Source: Myxococcota bacterium (lineage in GTDB: Bacteria > Myxococcota_A > UBA796 > CAJQPC01). From it: a stretch of 53,077 bases of DNA. This document shows, piece by piece, positions 28,112 through 37,714 of this stretch. The notes beneath the pieces are model-generated. The model searched no databases. It saw only the letters and a list, made by a program, of their open reading frames with translations, and was not told the DNA's origin. The DNA lies in NCBI GenBank assembly GCA_036012755.1, contig DASCPX010000140.1, forward strand, positions 1 through 53,077. The letters are read 5' to 3'. Positions within the stretch are counted from its first letter, which is position 1. Each line of letters starts with the position of its first letter. A program made the position numbers and the translations under genes.

Positions 28112-28635
28112 GAGGCCTCCTGCCCGAAGCCCCTGGGCGGGTGCCAGGCGGTGTCGAGGGCCTCTGTGGCGACCCAGAGCATCAAGAAGACCAGCCCCGC
28201 CTCGCGTGGCTCGAGGCTGACCTCGCCGTCCTTCTTCTCGTCCCGCTCGAAGAGAGCCCACAAGGCCTCGTCGAGGATGTGCGGCTGGGCGCGCTCATCG
28301 ACGGTCCGGACCCGCTCCGGAAAGCCCTCGTCGAAGGGCAACAGGCCCTCTACGACGGCGTTGACCTTTGCCGCCGCCTGTTCGATCTGACGGCCGTTGA
28401 CCTTGTCGAGGCGGCCTCTGGCCCGGTCGAAGACGCGCACGACGACCGCCATCAGGTAGGTGGCGACCTGTCCGGTCTGGCCGTCGGTCGCGGGCAGGTT
28501 CTTGTTGTAGAAGCTCAACAGCCGCTTCTGCGTGCGCAGCAGACGGGTAGCGGTGCCGCGGAAGTCCTCGCCCTCCTCTCCGGCCTCTTCTGACCAGCGA
28601 TGGACCTCGTCGCGCGGGATGGCGGGGTTCGTCAC
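28108..28635 (-). CDS. Hypothetical helical protein
   Basis: GGAGG SD before GTG 28635; strong codon bias; no family recognised. Confidence 0.7.
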   Translation of the reverse strand: MTNPAIPRDEVHRWSEEAGEEGEDFRGTATRLLRTQKRLLSFYNKNLPATDGQTGQVATYLMAVVVRVFDRARGRLDKVNGRQIEQAAAKVNAVVEGLLPFDEGFPERVRTVDERAQPHILDEALWALFERDEKKDGEVSLEPREAGLVFLMLWVATEALDTAWHPPRGFGQEAS

Positions 28636-28685
28636 GGGAGCCTCCAACAAGGGGCCACGGCTAACCCGTGTAGCCTGCTGTCGCC

Positions 28686-30053
28686 TTGCCTCGTCACGCA
28701 CCCGCCCTGCTCGCCGCCGCCGTGGCTGTCGGAGTCGTGCTCCTCAACATCGACGCGCCGCTGGTCGAGGACGGCTTGTTCTGGTGGGTCCCGAAGGCTC
28801 TCCTGGTGGCCGAGAGCGGGCCGGCCTTCGTCCTCGCCGAGCTCCCGGCCGCCGCGCTCCCGCAGTCGGAGCTCCCGCCCCAGTGGCTCGGTGGCATGCC
28901 CGACTACGCCCACCCGCCGCTCTGGTACTGGTACCTCGGGCTCTTCCTCCGCCTGCCGGTGGCCCCCCACGTGGCTGTGCACCTGGCGGCCCTCCCGCTC
29001 GCCGCTGCCTTCGGGTGGGGAAGCGCCGAGCTGCTCCGTCGAGCCGGTGGCACCTGGGCAGCCTGGGGCGCGGCGGTCTTCCCGCTCATCCCGCCGGTGG
29101 CCGCGAACCTGCTCCGGGCGGACACGGACCTTCCGCTGATGGCGCTCACCCCGTGGGCGCTGGTGGCCGTGCTCGACCGACGCGACGGGCTCTTCGCCCT
29201 CACCGCGGCGCTGGCCACCTGGTGCAAGGAGCCGGGCATCCTGCTGGCCGCCCCTGCGCTGTTGGCCTGCGTTCTCGACCGGAGGAAGGGCTGGGGCTGG
29301 GTCGCGCCGCCAGCCGCCCTGGCTCTCTGGGCACTCGTCCACTACCTCGAGACGGGCTGGGGCCTGGCGAGCAGCGAGCGCCTGCCCGAGACCGTCGGCG
29401 CCTGGTTCAGCGACATCGGCACCGTCCTGTGGATCGCCCTCGGCGATCAGTTCCGGTGGATCCTGGTCCCCCTGGCCATCTACGGGCTCTGGCGGGGCAC
29501 ACCGCGCAGGCGAGCGCTGGCGATTCTCGCCGCCCACACCCTGGTCCAGCTGGGCTTCTTCGGGACGCTCAACTTCCTGGGCGGCCTCGACCGGCTCGAC
29601 GCATACACCCACGTCCGGTACCTCATCCCGGGCATCCTCGGCGCCTGCACGGTCCTGGTCGCGCTCGGCCCCCCGAACGCGGTGGTGCTCGCCGTGGCCT
29701 CGCTGGTCTTCCTGTACCGCCCGTCGCCCCATGGTCCCGAGTCCAGCCTCTACGGTGTGGACGTCGGGCGAGCAGTGCGCGAGGCCGGCCCGCTCATCGC
29801 CGCGCAGGAGCAGACCACCTGGGTGGGCAGCTACGCCTTCACCCAGCTCACGCGCCCCTACGCCGGCGTCGTGACCACGCCTTTGGAGGGCCTGGAGGTC
29901 TATGCCTTCGAGACCGACCCGACAGAGGTCGAGGGGGTCATCGTCGAGGTCTGCGAGGGCGAGCCCCTGGGACGGCTGCAGGAGCTGGACCTGGAAGAGA
30001 TCGAGCGCGTGGAGGTGCGCCACGCCTGGGTCCGCATCCTGAGGGTGCGTTAG
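28686..30053 (+). CDS. Multi-TM GT-C fold (ArnT/PMT-like) glycosyltransferase
   Basis: First loop VEDGLFW, HPPLWYW, KEPG, RYLIP; about 11 TM helices. Confidence 0.65.
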   Translation: MPRHAPALLAAAVAVGVVLLNIDAPLVEDGLFWWVPKALLVAESGPAFVLAELPAAALPQSELPPQWLGGMPDYAHPPLWYWYLGLFLRLPVAPHVAVHLAALPLAAAFGWGSAELLRRAGGTWAAWGAAVFPLIPPVAANLLRADTDLPLMALTPWALVAVLDRRDGLFALTAALATWCKEPGILLAAPALLACVLDRRKGWGWVAPPAALALWALVHYLETGWGLASSERLPETVGAWFSDIGTVLWIALGDQFRWILVPLAIYGLWRGTPRRRALAILAAHTLVQLGFFGTLNFLGGLDRLDAYTHVRYLIPGILGACTVLVALGPPNAVVLAVASLVFLYRPSPHGPESSLYGVDVGRAVREAGPLIAAQEQTTWVGSYAFTQLTRPYAGVVTTPLEGLEVYAFETDPTEVEGVIVEVCEGEPLGRLQELDLEEIERVEVRHAWVRILRVR

Positions 30054-30062
30054 CCTCCGTCA

Positions 30063-30596
30063 ATGTCCGTGCGCTTCCACCTCCGCGTCTCCACGCGGCT
30101 GTACGCCTCGCTCGAGGACGTCTGGCAGGTCAAGACCGACGTCGATCACCTCGAAGCCGAGCTGCACCCCTGGCTTCGGGCGACGCTCGACAAGTCGGAG
30201 CTGCAGGCCGGACTGCGCGGCGAGGGTCTCCCCCGGAACCTCCCGGTTCGCTTCTGGGGCCTCGGCGTCGTGCCGCTGCCGACGTGGCCGCTGCAGCTCG
30301 TGGAGTACGAGCACAACAGGATCTTCGTCGACACCACCGCGGAGAACCCGCTCTTCCACGAGTGGGAGCATCGCCACATCGTCGAGCAGGCATCTGACGC
30401 GGTGCGCTACATGGACGCGATCACCTTCAGCCCCCGCTTCGGCCCGCCGCACCTCGTGGCCCGCTGGATCGAGTTCGTCTTCAAGCACAGACACCGGAGG
30501 ACGGCGCGGCAGTTCGAGACCGATGAGCGGGCCACGGCCGTCGCTTTTCTTCGCGTGGTCGTCGAGACCGAGGACAGCGGAGAGGGCTTTCTGTGA
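30063..30596 (+). CDS. SRPBCC/START-like protein
   Basis: ASLEDVW, FVD...FHEWEHRH...MDAITF, FVFKHRHRR. Confidence 0.7.
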   Translation: MSVRFHLRVSTRLYASLEDVWQVKTDVDHLEAELHPWLRATLDKSELQAGLRGEGLPRNLPVRFWGLGVVPLPTWPLQLVEYEHNRIFVDTTAENPLFHEWEHRHIVEQASDAVRYMDAITFSPRFGPPHLVARWIEFVFKHRHRRTARQFETDERATAVAFLRVVVETEDSGEGFL

Positions 30597-32239
30597 TCTG
30601 GATCCGGGCCGCCTGGGCAGTCACCGCCGTCGTCCCCACGGGGATGTCCATGGAGGCCGCCTGCCTGGATGCTTCGGTCGACCGGATCGAGGTCACCTCC
30701 GACATCGCGGACTCGAGCCTCTGCACCATCGATCGCGCTGTGACGATCGTCGGCGACACCGAGACGGGGGATTGGCCAGCGGTGCCGTCGCTGTTGTTCG
30801 TCGATGGCTCAGAGGGCAGCACGCTGGAGTCGCTGAGCCTCTCCGGCGGCAGCCCCGCAGACGCGCTGTCCATCAACGAGACGGACATCTCCGGTACGGA
30901 TCTGTACGTGGGTGGTCACCTCCGCCTCGAGGACGGCACGGCTGTCTTCGAGCGGATCGAGGTCGTGAACGCCAACGGCACGGGCATCAGCGTCCAGGCC
31001 ACCGCCGATACCACCAGGCTCTCGCTGACCGAGTGCGACGTGCACGACAACGCCGACGGCGGCATCGTCGCCCAGGGCAACACCGTGCCGATCACCATCT
31101 ACTCCGAGTACTCGATCTTCTACGACAACATCCGCTCCGGCGCTGGTGGAGCGATCCTGGCCGATGGCGTCGACGTCCTCGTCGAGGACGTCGGCAGCTC
31201 CTTCTACACGAACAAGTCAGAGCAGGGCGGTGCGATCATGCTGGACGCCGCCTCCGCCGAGCTGAAGCAGACCTCCTTCGAGGACAACCACGCCTTCGCG
31301 GGCTCCGTCTACTCCGGGCTGGGGAGCGCGATCGCTGCCTTCGGCGGGTCCACGGTCACCTGCACCGGCTGCACCTTCCTGTCCCACACCGGTGACGGGC
31401 CGGCGCTCTATGCCAACGCCTCCGAGCTCACGCTCATCGACTCCTCGATGCTCGACAACTCGAGCTCCAGCGGGAGCCCTGGCGCCCTGCAGGTGGCCAA
31501 CGGGGTGAGCACCAGCATCACCGGGTCGATGTTCTGCGGCAACGTGGGCGCCCTGGACACCAGCAGCGCGATGAGCGCCTCCTCGGCCCGGCTCGACGGC
31601 GGAATCATCGACCTCGTCACCACCACCTTCAGCGCCAACGACGTGTCGACTCCAGGGGCCGCGCTGGTGCTGCGCGACTTCGAGCTGGCGGAGCTGCAGA
31701 ACCTCACCTTCGTCCACAACGCGGGTGGTGCGGCGCTCCACAGCTCCGGTGGTGACACCCTCAGCGTCGTGAACACGGTCTTCGACAACAACGTCTCGGC
31801 CTACGACCTCCACAGCGAGGACACACCGGAGACGGCGTCGTGGTCGTGGATTCGCTGGGTCGGGGACGAGCCCGGCTCAATGTCCGCTACGGACTCCGAG
31901 ACCCTCGATGACGCCGAGTGGGACACGGACCTCTTCACGCCCAGGGACTGCGAGACATACCCGATCCCCGGCGCCACCAGCCCCCTGCTGGGCACCGGCG
32001 ATCCCGAGATCATGGCGAGTCAGGGCATCGACTGGATCGGTGCCTACGACGCCGACGGTCCGGACACCGGCGACACGGGCAGCACCCCCGACACCGCCGA
32101 TCCCGACACCGGCGAGTCCACCGATGACACGGGTCTGCCGTCGACAGTGAGCTGGTACTCGGGAGGCTGCCGGAGCACCGGCGCCCTGGTGCTGTTGCTG
32201 CTTCTGGTCCGCGCTACTCGCGACGCCGACGGCGGATGA
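30593..32239 (+). CDS. Exported beta-helix (pectin-lyase/Pmp-repeat-like) protein with degenerate MYXO-CTERM-like tail
   Basis: FYDN..GAGGAI, FYTN..QGGAI, FEDN repeats; SPLLGTG..IGAY; DTG-rich linker; YSGGC-TM. Confidence 0.7.
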   Translation: MIWIRAAWAVTAVVPTGMSMEAACLDASVDRIEVTSDIADSSLCTIDRAVTIVGDTETGDWPAVPSLLFVDGSEGSTLESLSLSGGSPADALSINETDISGTDLYVGGHLRLEDGTAVFERIEVVNANGTGISVQATADTTRLSLTECDVHDNADGGIVAQGNTVPITIYSEYSIFYDNIRSGAGGAILADGVDVLVEDVGSSFYTNKSEQGGAIMLDAASAELKQTSFEDNHAFAGSVYSGLGSAIAAFGGSTVTCTGCTFLSHTGDGPALYANASELTLIDSSMLDNSSSSGSPGALQVANGVSTSITGSMFCGNVGALDTSSAMSASSARLDGGIIDLVTTTFSANDVSTPGAALVLRDFELAELQNLTFVHNAGGAALHSSGGDTLSVVNTVFDNNVSAYDLHSEDTPETASWSWIRWVGDEPGSMSATDSETLDDAEWDTDLFTPRDCETYPIPGATSPLLGTGDPEIMASQGIDWIGAYDADGPDTGDTGSTPDTADPDTGESTDDTGLPSTVSWYSGGCRSTGALVLLLLLVRATRDADGG

Positions 32240-33425
32240 GGCCGAGAGCCAGCAGAGTCGCCGCCAGCGTGGTCCCCAGCCCTCCGACATCACAGCGGGC
32301 CCCGCCTCCGCGAAGCTGAGCGTCCGCGTCGCAGGCGTCGCCGATCCCGTCGCCGTCCTCGTCGGTCTGTGCGGAGTTCTGCCGCTCGGGGCAGTTGTCA
32401 CAGATGTCGCCCACGCCGTCGAGGTCCGTGTCGATCTGCTGAGGGTTCTGGAGGTCCGGGCAGACATCGCACTCGTCCCCGACGCCGTCTTCGTCGATGT
32501 CGGTCTGTGATGGGTTCACGTCCGCCGGGCAGTTGTCGCAGTCGTCGCCGACGAGGTCGTGGTCGGTGTCGATCTGCTCCGGGTTCTCGAGATCGACGCA
32601 GTTGTCGCAGGCGTCGCCGATCTCGTCGAGGTCAGCGTCGTCCTGGTCCGGGTTGTAGAGCTCCTCGCAGTTGTCGCAGACGTCTCCGACACCGTCGATG
32701 TCCGTGTCGGTGAGGGACTCGTGAGCGTCGAAGGGGCAGTTGTCGCAGGCGTCGCCGTAGCCGTCGAGGTCCGTGTCGACCTGGTCTATGTTCGGGATGA
32801 CCGGGCAGTTGTCACAGTCGTTGCCGACCTCGTCGACGTCGCTGTCGGTCTGGGAGGGATTGTAGAGATCCGGGCAGTTGTCGCATGCGTCCCCTGCGTC
32901 GTCCTCGTCCGTGTCCGCCTGGTCCAGGTTCGCGTGGAAGGGGCAGTTGTCACAGACGTCACCCAGCCCCTCGAAGTCGCTGTCGATCTGGTCGGGGTTG
33001 TAGATGTCGTAGCAGTTGTCGCAGAGGTCGCCTGCGTCGTCGCAGTCGATGTCCTCTTGGACGGGGTTGTAGTCCTTTGGGCAGTTGTCGCAGGCCAGCG
33101 TGACGATCTTCTCGGGGAAACCCTCCGGATCGGTCTCGCTCTCCGAGATGATCGTGATCATTCCGTCCGAGAAACCGTCCTTGTCCACGTCCGTCTCGAA
33201 GTCCAGGACGAAGTAGTCACAGCCGTAGCTGTAGTAGTCGTAGTAGTAGTCGGCGCTCTCGTAGATGTTGTCGTCGTCGTCGATGTGCGCCGCACAGGCG
33301 TCGTCGTCCACGTCCACGAGCTGCTCGTCTGCGACGTCGATGTCGTTGCAGTTGAGGTCCTGGGTGAGGTCCGTGTAGCAGTCCTCTGTGGCGGCGAGCG
33401 CCAGGGTCGACAGCAGCAGGGTCAT
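32214..33425 (-). CDS. Thrombospondin type-3 repeat protein (11 x 23 aa) with MYXO-CTERM-like tail
   Basis: CDNCP..YNP.Q.D.D.D..GD repeats; RGGGARC-TM-RRRRR. Confidence 0.88.
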   Translation of the reverse strand: MTLLLSTLALAATEDCYTDLTQDLNCNDIDVADEQLVDVDDDACAAHIDDDDNIYESADYYYDYYSYGCDYFVLDFETDVDKDGFSDGMITIISESETDPEGFPEKIVTLACDNCPKDYNPVQEDIDCDDAGDLCDNCYDIYNPDQIDSDFEGLGDVCDNCPFHANLDQADTDEDDAGDACDNCPDLYNPSQTDSDVDEVGNDCDNCPVIPNIDQVDTDLDGYGDACDNCPFDAHESLTDTDIDGVGDVCDNCEELYNPDQDDADLDEIGDACDNCVDLENPEQIDTDHDLVGDDCDNCPADVNPSQTDIDEDGVGDECDVCPDLQNPQQIDTDLDGVGDICDNCPERQNSAQTDEDGDGIGDACDADAQLRGGGARCDVGGLGTTLAATLLALGLIRRRRRE

Positions 33426-34978
33426 TGCTCTTCCTCCTCGTCCTCGTAGAGGTCGAACTGCTCCGGGTTCAAGAGATCGATGACGCGGGTCTCGACCTCT
33501 TCCTTGTCCTCCTTCTCGGGCGGCTCCGGGGGACGGATCGGGTGCACGGTCTCCACCGAGTCGCCAGACCAGGGCAGGCGGAAGCTCTCGGGGAAGTCCG
33601 GGTACTCCTCGTCAACCTCGATCCAGTCGATGATGTGGAACTCGACCCGCCGGTTCGTGGCGAGGGACTCCTCGTCCGTTCCCTGGTCCTTCGGCACGAC
33701 CTCGCCCATGCCGCGGTAGCTGATGCGGTCAGGGTGGACGCCGTTGCGCATGAGCTCCTTCCAGATGGCGCGGGCGCGCAGGTTGGAGAGGTCGTAGTTG
33801 TACTCGTAGGAGCCCTCTTCAGAGGCGTGCCCCTCGATGACGAGGTGCTCGATCTCGGCGTGCTCGTGGAGGATCTCGGCGATTGCCTCGAGGGTCTCCA
33901 GCGACTCGGACAGGATCGTGTCCTCTGCGAAGACGAACTGGATCGGGTCGCGGATCACGATCTGGTCGCGCACGACCTTCGCGACCTCCTCCGGCTCCCA
34001 CTCGGGCTCCGGCGGTGGCTCCTCGATGTCGGGCTCGATGACGACCGGCGGCGGCTCGGGGGGAGGCTCGTCGATCACGACCGGCTCTGGCGGCGGCTCG
34101 CGTCGGGTCGGAGGGCGGATCCAGGTGTACGCGACGAAGGTACGGAAAGCCGTGGTTCCGACGCCATCTGCGAGCCCCTTGCCCACTCCGACATCGAGCT
34201 GCCCGCTGCCGTCCTTGCGCAGGAGCTGGACGCCTCCGAGCAACTCCGAGCCGTTCTCTCCCCCAGACTCGCCGAGGTGGGAGACACCGCCGCGGCTCAT
34301 GTAGGCGGCTTGCAGGGCGATGCGCTCGGGCCAGACGTCGACGGCCACTGCGCCGTTGAGGTCCAGGGTGGACTCGACGACGAAGTCCTGGCCCGTGTCG
34401 ATCTCGCCGGGGCGCGCCGTGTAGGAGACATCGGCGAGCAGGCGTCCCGGCCCATAGGCGACCAGGGCGGACAGCCCCACCTGGGTGCGCAGGTTGGCGT
34501 CCCCGATCCAGGCCTCGTTGGTTCCGCTGGGCAGGAAGACGTCCAGGCGGACGCCGGTGGTCAGCGGCCCCGCGGTGGCGAGCCGGACCTTGGCCCCGGC
34601 GCTCAGATCCCCCATTCCGAGGCCGTTCCAGCTCATGTCCGCGACGGCGTTGTCGTAGCCGACCTGGAGAGCCACTGGGAACACGCCGCGGAGCACGATG
34701 CGATCGGAGAGGTCGTAGGCCAGGCCGAAGTGGGCAGAGGCCCGGTTCTTCACCACCACGCCGTATTCCTCGCCGAACTGGTAGAGGATGACCGGATCCC
34801 GCTGGTACTGGCTGACGATGCCACCGCGCATGGCGCCGCGCCCGGAGACCAGCGGGCTCTCGATCCCTGGTGGGCCCCCAGCGCTGAAGGTCGGACGCAT
34901 CAGCTCGACGTCGACGCTCAGGCCCTGGGCGTTTGCGGTCCCCAGAGCCAGGGCCACCGTCAGTGTGGGTCCGATCAT
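33422..34978 (-). CDS. OmpA-family outer-membrane protein (beta-barrel, Pro-rich linker, OmpA_C)
   Basis: Signal peptide; amphipathic strands; IEGHAS..YNYDLSNLRA, GMGE, NRRVEFHI. Confidence 0.88.
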   Translation of the reverse strand: MIGPTLTVALALGTANAQGLSVDVELMRPTFSAGGPPGIESPLVSGRGAMRGGIVSQYQRDPVILYQFGEEYGVVVKNRASAHFGLAYDLSDRIVLRGVFPVALQVGYDNAVADMSWNGLGMGDLSAGAKVRLATAGPLTTGVRLDVFLPSGTNEAWIGDANLRTQVGLSALVAYGPGRLLADVSYTARPGEIDTGQDFVVESTLDLNGAVAVDVWPERIALQAAYMSRGGVSHLGESGGENGSELLGGVQLLRKDGSGQLDVGVGKGLADGVGTTAFRTFVAYTWIRPPTRREPPPEPVVIDEPPPEPPPVVIEPDIEEPPPEPEWEPEEVAKVVRDQIVIRDPIQFVFAEDTILSESLETLEAIAEILHEHAEIEHLVIEGHASEEGSYEYNYDLSNLRARAIWKELMRNGVHPDRISYRGMGEVVPKDQGTDEESLATNRRVEFHIIDWIEVDEEYPDFPESFRLPWSGDSVETVHPIRPPEPPEKEDKEEVETRVIDLLNPEQFDLYEDEEEEQ

Positions 34979-35097
34979 TGTCACCTTGTGGCCCTGCGCG
35001 CTTCAGTTTGCACTGGAGTTGGCCGAGCAGCATCCTCAAATCAACGCTAACCTCTCAATGACGGGTCACCGGCGGCAGGGGCCCCTTCGAGGAACCG

Positions 35098-36690
35098 ATG
35101 CACGCATTCCCCCTGCTGTTCATCGCCGGCTTGGGCGCGGACTGCTCGGATCAGAAGATCCACAAGATCGACACGGGCGACGACACGGACGCGGCGCCGC
35201 TGTTGGTCGTGGACCCCCTGACCTTCGACTTCGGCGACTTCCGCGCCGGAGAGGGCGACAGCGTCGAGGTCACGATCCGCAACGAGGGCACGCTGACGCT
35301 GGACCTCTACAACGTGACCCTGGAGGGCGACGCGGGCTTCGTGCTCGACGCCTCCGGTCTCGACAGGGAGCTCTCGCCGGACGAGGAGACCACCGTCGCG
35401 GTGACCTTCACCGCCCAGAGCCTCGAGCACGAGGGGCGCGTGGTGATCGAGTCCTCCGATCCCGCGGCGAACCGCAGCGTCGTCGAGCTGCTCGGCCACG
35501 GGCTCATCCCCGCCCTCTACGTGTGGCCCTCGCCCTACGACTTCGGCAAGGCCGAGCCCGACTGCACGCGCGACGGGGAGATCTACCTGAAGAACATCGG
35601 GCGCGAGACCCTCGAGCTCTACTCGATCGCCCAGATCGGCGACTACTTCGAGCCCGACTTCACCGACATCACCCTGCCCCTGAGCCTGGAGCCGGACGAG
35701 ACCCTCACCCTGCCGCTGTCCTGGACCCCGGACGACTACGTCGAGTACGAGGGCGAGCTCTGGATCGACAGCAACGCCCAGGACCCGGTGGTGAACGAGA
35801 CCGGCCAGGGCGCCGACGGCGAGGACTACGTCGACGAGTACGTCCAGCCGATCAGCGGCAAGGTCGACATCATGTTCTATGTCGACCAGTCCTGCTCGAT
35901 GGACGACGACAAGGTCGCCATGTCCTCGAAGTTCACGGACTTCATCGAGGAACTGGAGGACCTCGAGGCCGACTACCAGGTCATGGTGGTGACCGCCGAC
36001 GATGGCTGCCACAACCTGCAGATGATCGACTCGGACACCGCCAACAAGGACGAGGTCTTCCAGCAAGCGGTCAACGGCAACTCCGGCATGTTCACCGAGG
36101 CTGGCCTGACCATCTCCAAGCACGCGGTCGAGAGGAGCGTGCCCGGCGGCTGCAACAGCGAGTTCCTCCGCGAGAGCTCCACCGTCTCGCTCGTGCTCAT
36201 CAGCGACGAGCCGGAGCAGTCCCCTCCAGAGCACCACTACACGGTCGTGCTCGGCGCGATCCTCGCAGCGGCGCCCAGCACCTATGTCTCCGCGGTCGCC
36301 GGTCCACTGCCAGAGGGCTGCGAGTCCGGAGGGCAGACCGCCGACGCGGGCTACGGCTACTACGAAGCCACCCAGGCCACTGGCGGGCTCTTCCTGTCGA
36401 TCTGTGATCTGGACTGGGGCGAGAAGCTCAGCAAGCTCGCCGAGGCCGCCACGCGGGTGAAGCTGGCCGAGTTCTTCTACCTCGCAGAGGAAGAGGTCGA
36501 GCCCAACAGCATCCACGTCTACGTCGACGGGGAGGAGGTCTTCGACTGGACCTACGAGGACATCGACGCCGAAGAGGACGGCACGGGGACGAACTACCCG
36601 CCGCTGGTTCGCTTCGACAGCGACGCCATCCCGGGTGAAGGTGCCAACATCCGCATCGAGTACGCTTCCGCGGTCGACTGCGAACAGTAG
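35098..36690 (+). CDS. Lipoprotein with two ASH/choice-of-anchor-D Ig domains and a vWA domain
   Basis: VDPLTFDFG..VTIRNEG; PSPYDFG..LKNIG; VDIMFYVDQSCSM (MIDAS DxSxS), LISDEPEQS. Confidence 0.8.
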   Translation: MHAFPLLFIAGLGADCSDQKIHKIDTGDDTDAAPLLVVDPLTFDFGDFRAGEGDSVEVTIRNEGTLTLDLYNVTLEGDAGFVLDASGLDRELSPDEETTVAVTFTAQSLEHEGRVVIESSDPAANRSVVELLGHGLIPALYVWPSPYDFGKAEPDCTRDGEIYLKNIGRETLELYSIAQIGDYFEPDFTDITLPLSLEPDETLTLPLSWTPDDYVEYEGELWIDSNAQDPVVNETGQGADGEDYVDEYVQPISGKVDIMFYVDQSCSMDDDKVAMSSKFTDFIEELEDLEADYQVMVVTADDGCHNLQMIDSDTANKDEVFQQAVNGNSGMFTEAGLTISKHAVERSVPGGCNSEFLRESSTVSLVLISDEPEQSPPEHHYTVVLGAILAAAPSTYVSAVAGPLPEGCESGGQTADAGYGYYEATQATGGLFLSICDLDWGEKLSKLAEAATRVKLAEFFYLAEEEVEPNSIHVYVDGEEVFDWTYEDIDAEEDGTGTNYPPLVRFDSDAIPGEGANIRIEYASAVDCEQ

Positions 36691-37503
36691 ATGTCGAAGC
36701 TCCTGCTCGGCCTGGCGCTCTCGGGTGCCCACGCCGAGGACATTCCCGCCGACCTGCCCCCCGCCGAGTGGGGCGAGGCCCTCGTGCCGGCAGAGGCCAT
36801 CGTCGAGTACCAGGCGCGCTCCCTGCGCGTCCAGAACGTGATCGGCCAGGAGATCGACTGGGTCGTCCAGGACGGCTCGGGCAACCCCGTCGACTCCTTC
36901 TGGCTGGCAGAGGACGTCCAGGACGGCGAGGCCCAGGACCTGCTGCACAAGGAGATGAAGCAGGCGAAGATCGTCCAGTGGTCCGCCATCGGGCTCGGCG
37001 CCACGCTCGTCGGGCTCGCGGCCATCCCCATCCTGCGCATCGACCACGACCTCACCCAGCCGAAGCTGAGGGACTACGAAGACCGCGTCGATCGCGAGAG
37101 CTTCGACAGCGACGAGGCCTACCTGCAGGCCCTCGACGACCAGCAGGCCCACTACTACCAGGACCTTGGCGTCTACAACACGGCCGCGAGCGACAACGCG
37201 GACAGGCGCTGGACCGGGCTCGCGCTGGCCAGCGGCGGGGTCATGACGATGGCGGTGTCCCCCTACGCCGTCCAGGGCATGGTCACGCGCCGCAAGGAGC
37301 CCGCCAGGCTCTGGTCCCGCTCACGGGTAGAGGCCCTCGTCGAGAAGCACAACCGCGAGCTCCGCCAGGAGCTCGGGCTGCCCGGAGGCGAGGACCCGGA
37401 CTTCGGCTTCGAAGAGGCCGCGATGCTCTACGAGCCGCCGCCCAGGATCACGGTCTCGCCGATGCTCGCCCCCACATACGTCGGCCTCACGTTCCGCTTC
37501 TAG
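36691..37503 (+). CDS. Exported/membrane hypothetical protein with two hydrophobic helices and C-terminal beta-hairpin ending in Phe
   Basis: MSKLLLGLALSGAHA; ends ITVSPMLAPTYVGLTFRF. Confidence 0.7.
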   Translation: MSKLLLGLALSGAHAEDIPADLPPAEWGEALVPAEAIVEYQARSLRVQNVIGQEIDWVVQDGSGNPVDSFWLAEDVQDGEAQDLLHKEMKQAKIVQWSAIGLGATLVGLAAIPILRIDHDLTQPKLRDYEDRVDRESFDSDEAYLQALDDQQAHYYQDLGVYNTAASDNADRRWTGLALASGGVMTMAVSPYAVQGMVTRRKEPARLWSRSRVEALVEKHNRELRQELGLPGGEDPDFGFEEAAMLYEPPPRITVSPMLAPTYVGLTFRF

Positions 37504-37560
37504 GCAGCGTCTGCACGCCTCGACCACGGCGGGGACAGATCGGCTTCCGATGGTGAGCCC

Positions 37561-37701
37561 ATGAACGACCTCGTCCAGACTCGGGCCGAGCTGATCACCG
37601 GCTCTCGGACCTCCTGGGCTCTCTCCACCGCGCTGGTGGGCGGCGTGGCCTCCGCCGCCGTGATCGCGGCGGCCAGCTTCGTGGCGCTCGCCCACTGCTG
37701 A
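37561..37701 (+). CDS. 46-aa small membrane protein
   Basis: MNDLVQTRAELITGSRTSWALSTALVGGVASAAVIAAASFVALAHC; GGTGAG upstream; fills the intergenic gap. Confidence 0.4.
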   Translation: MNDLVQTRAELITGSRTSWALSTALVGGVASAAVIAAASFVALAHC

Positions 37702-37714
37702 GTAGAGTGCGCGG

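Noticed and set aside
21760..33100. Periodic gac/tgc-rich repeats as CRISPR or non-coding arrays
   Set aside because: They are degenerate in-frame protein repeats (MopE-type, TSP3); there is no identical repeat-spacer structure and no cas gene
35005..35025. Sigma-54 promoter upstream of the OmpA gene
   Set aside because: GG-to-GC spacing is 11 nt rather than the required 10
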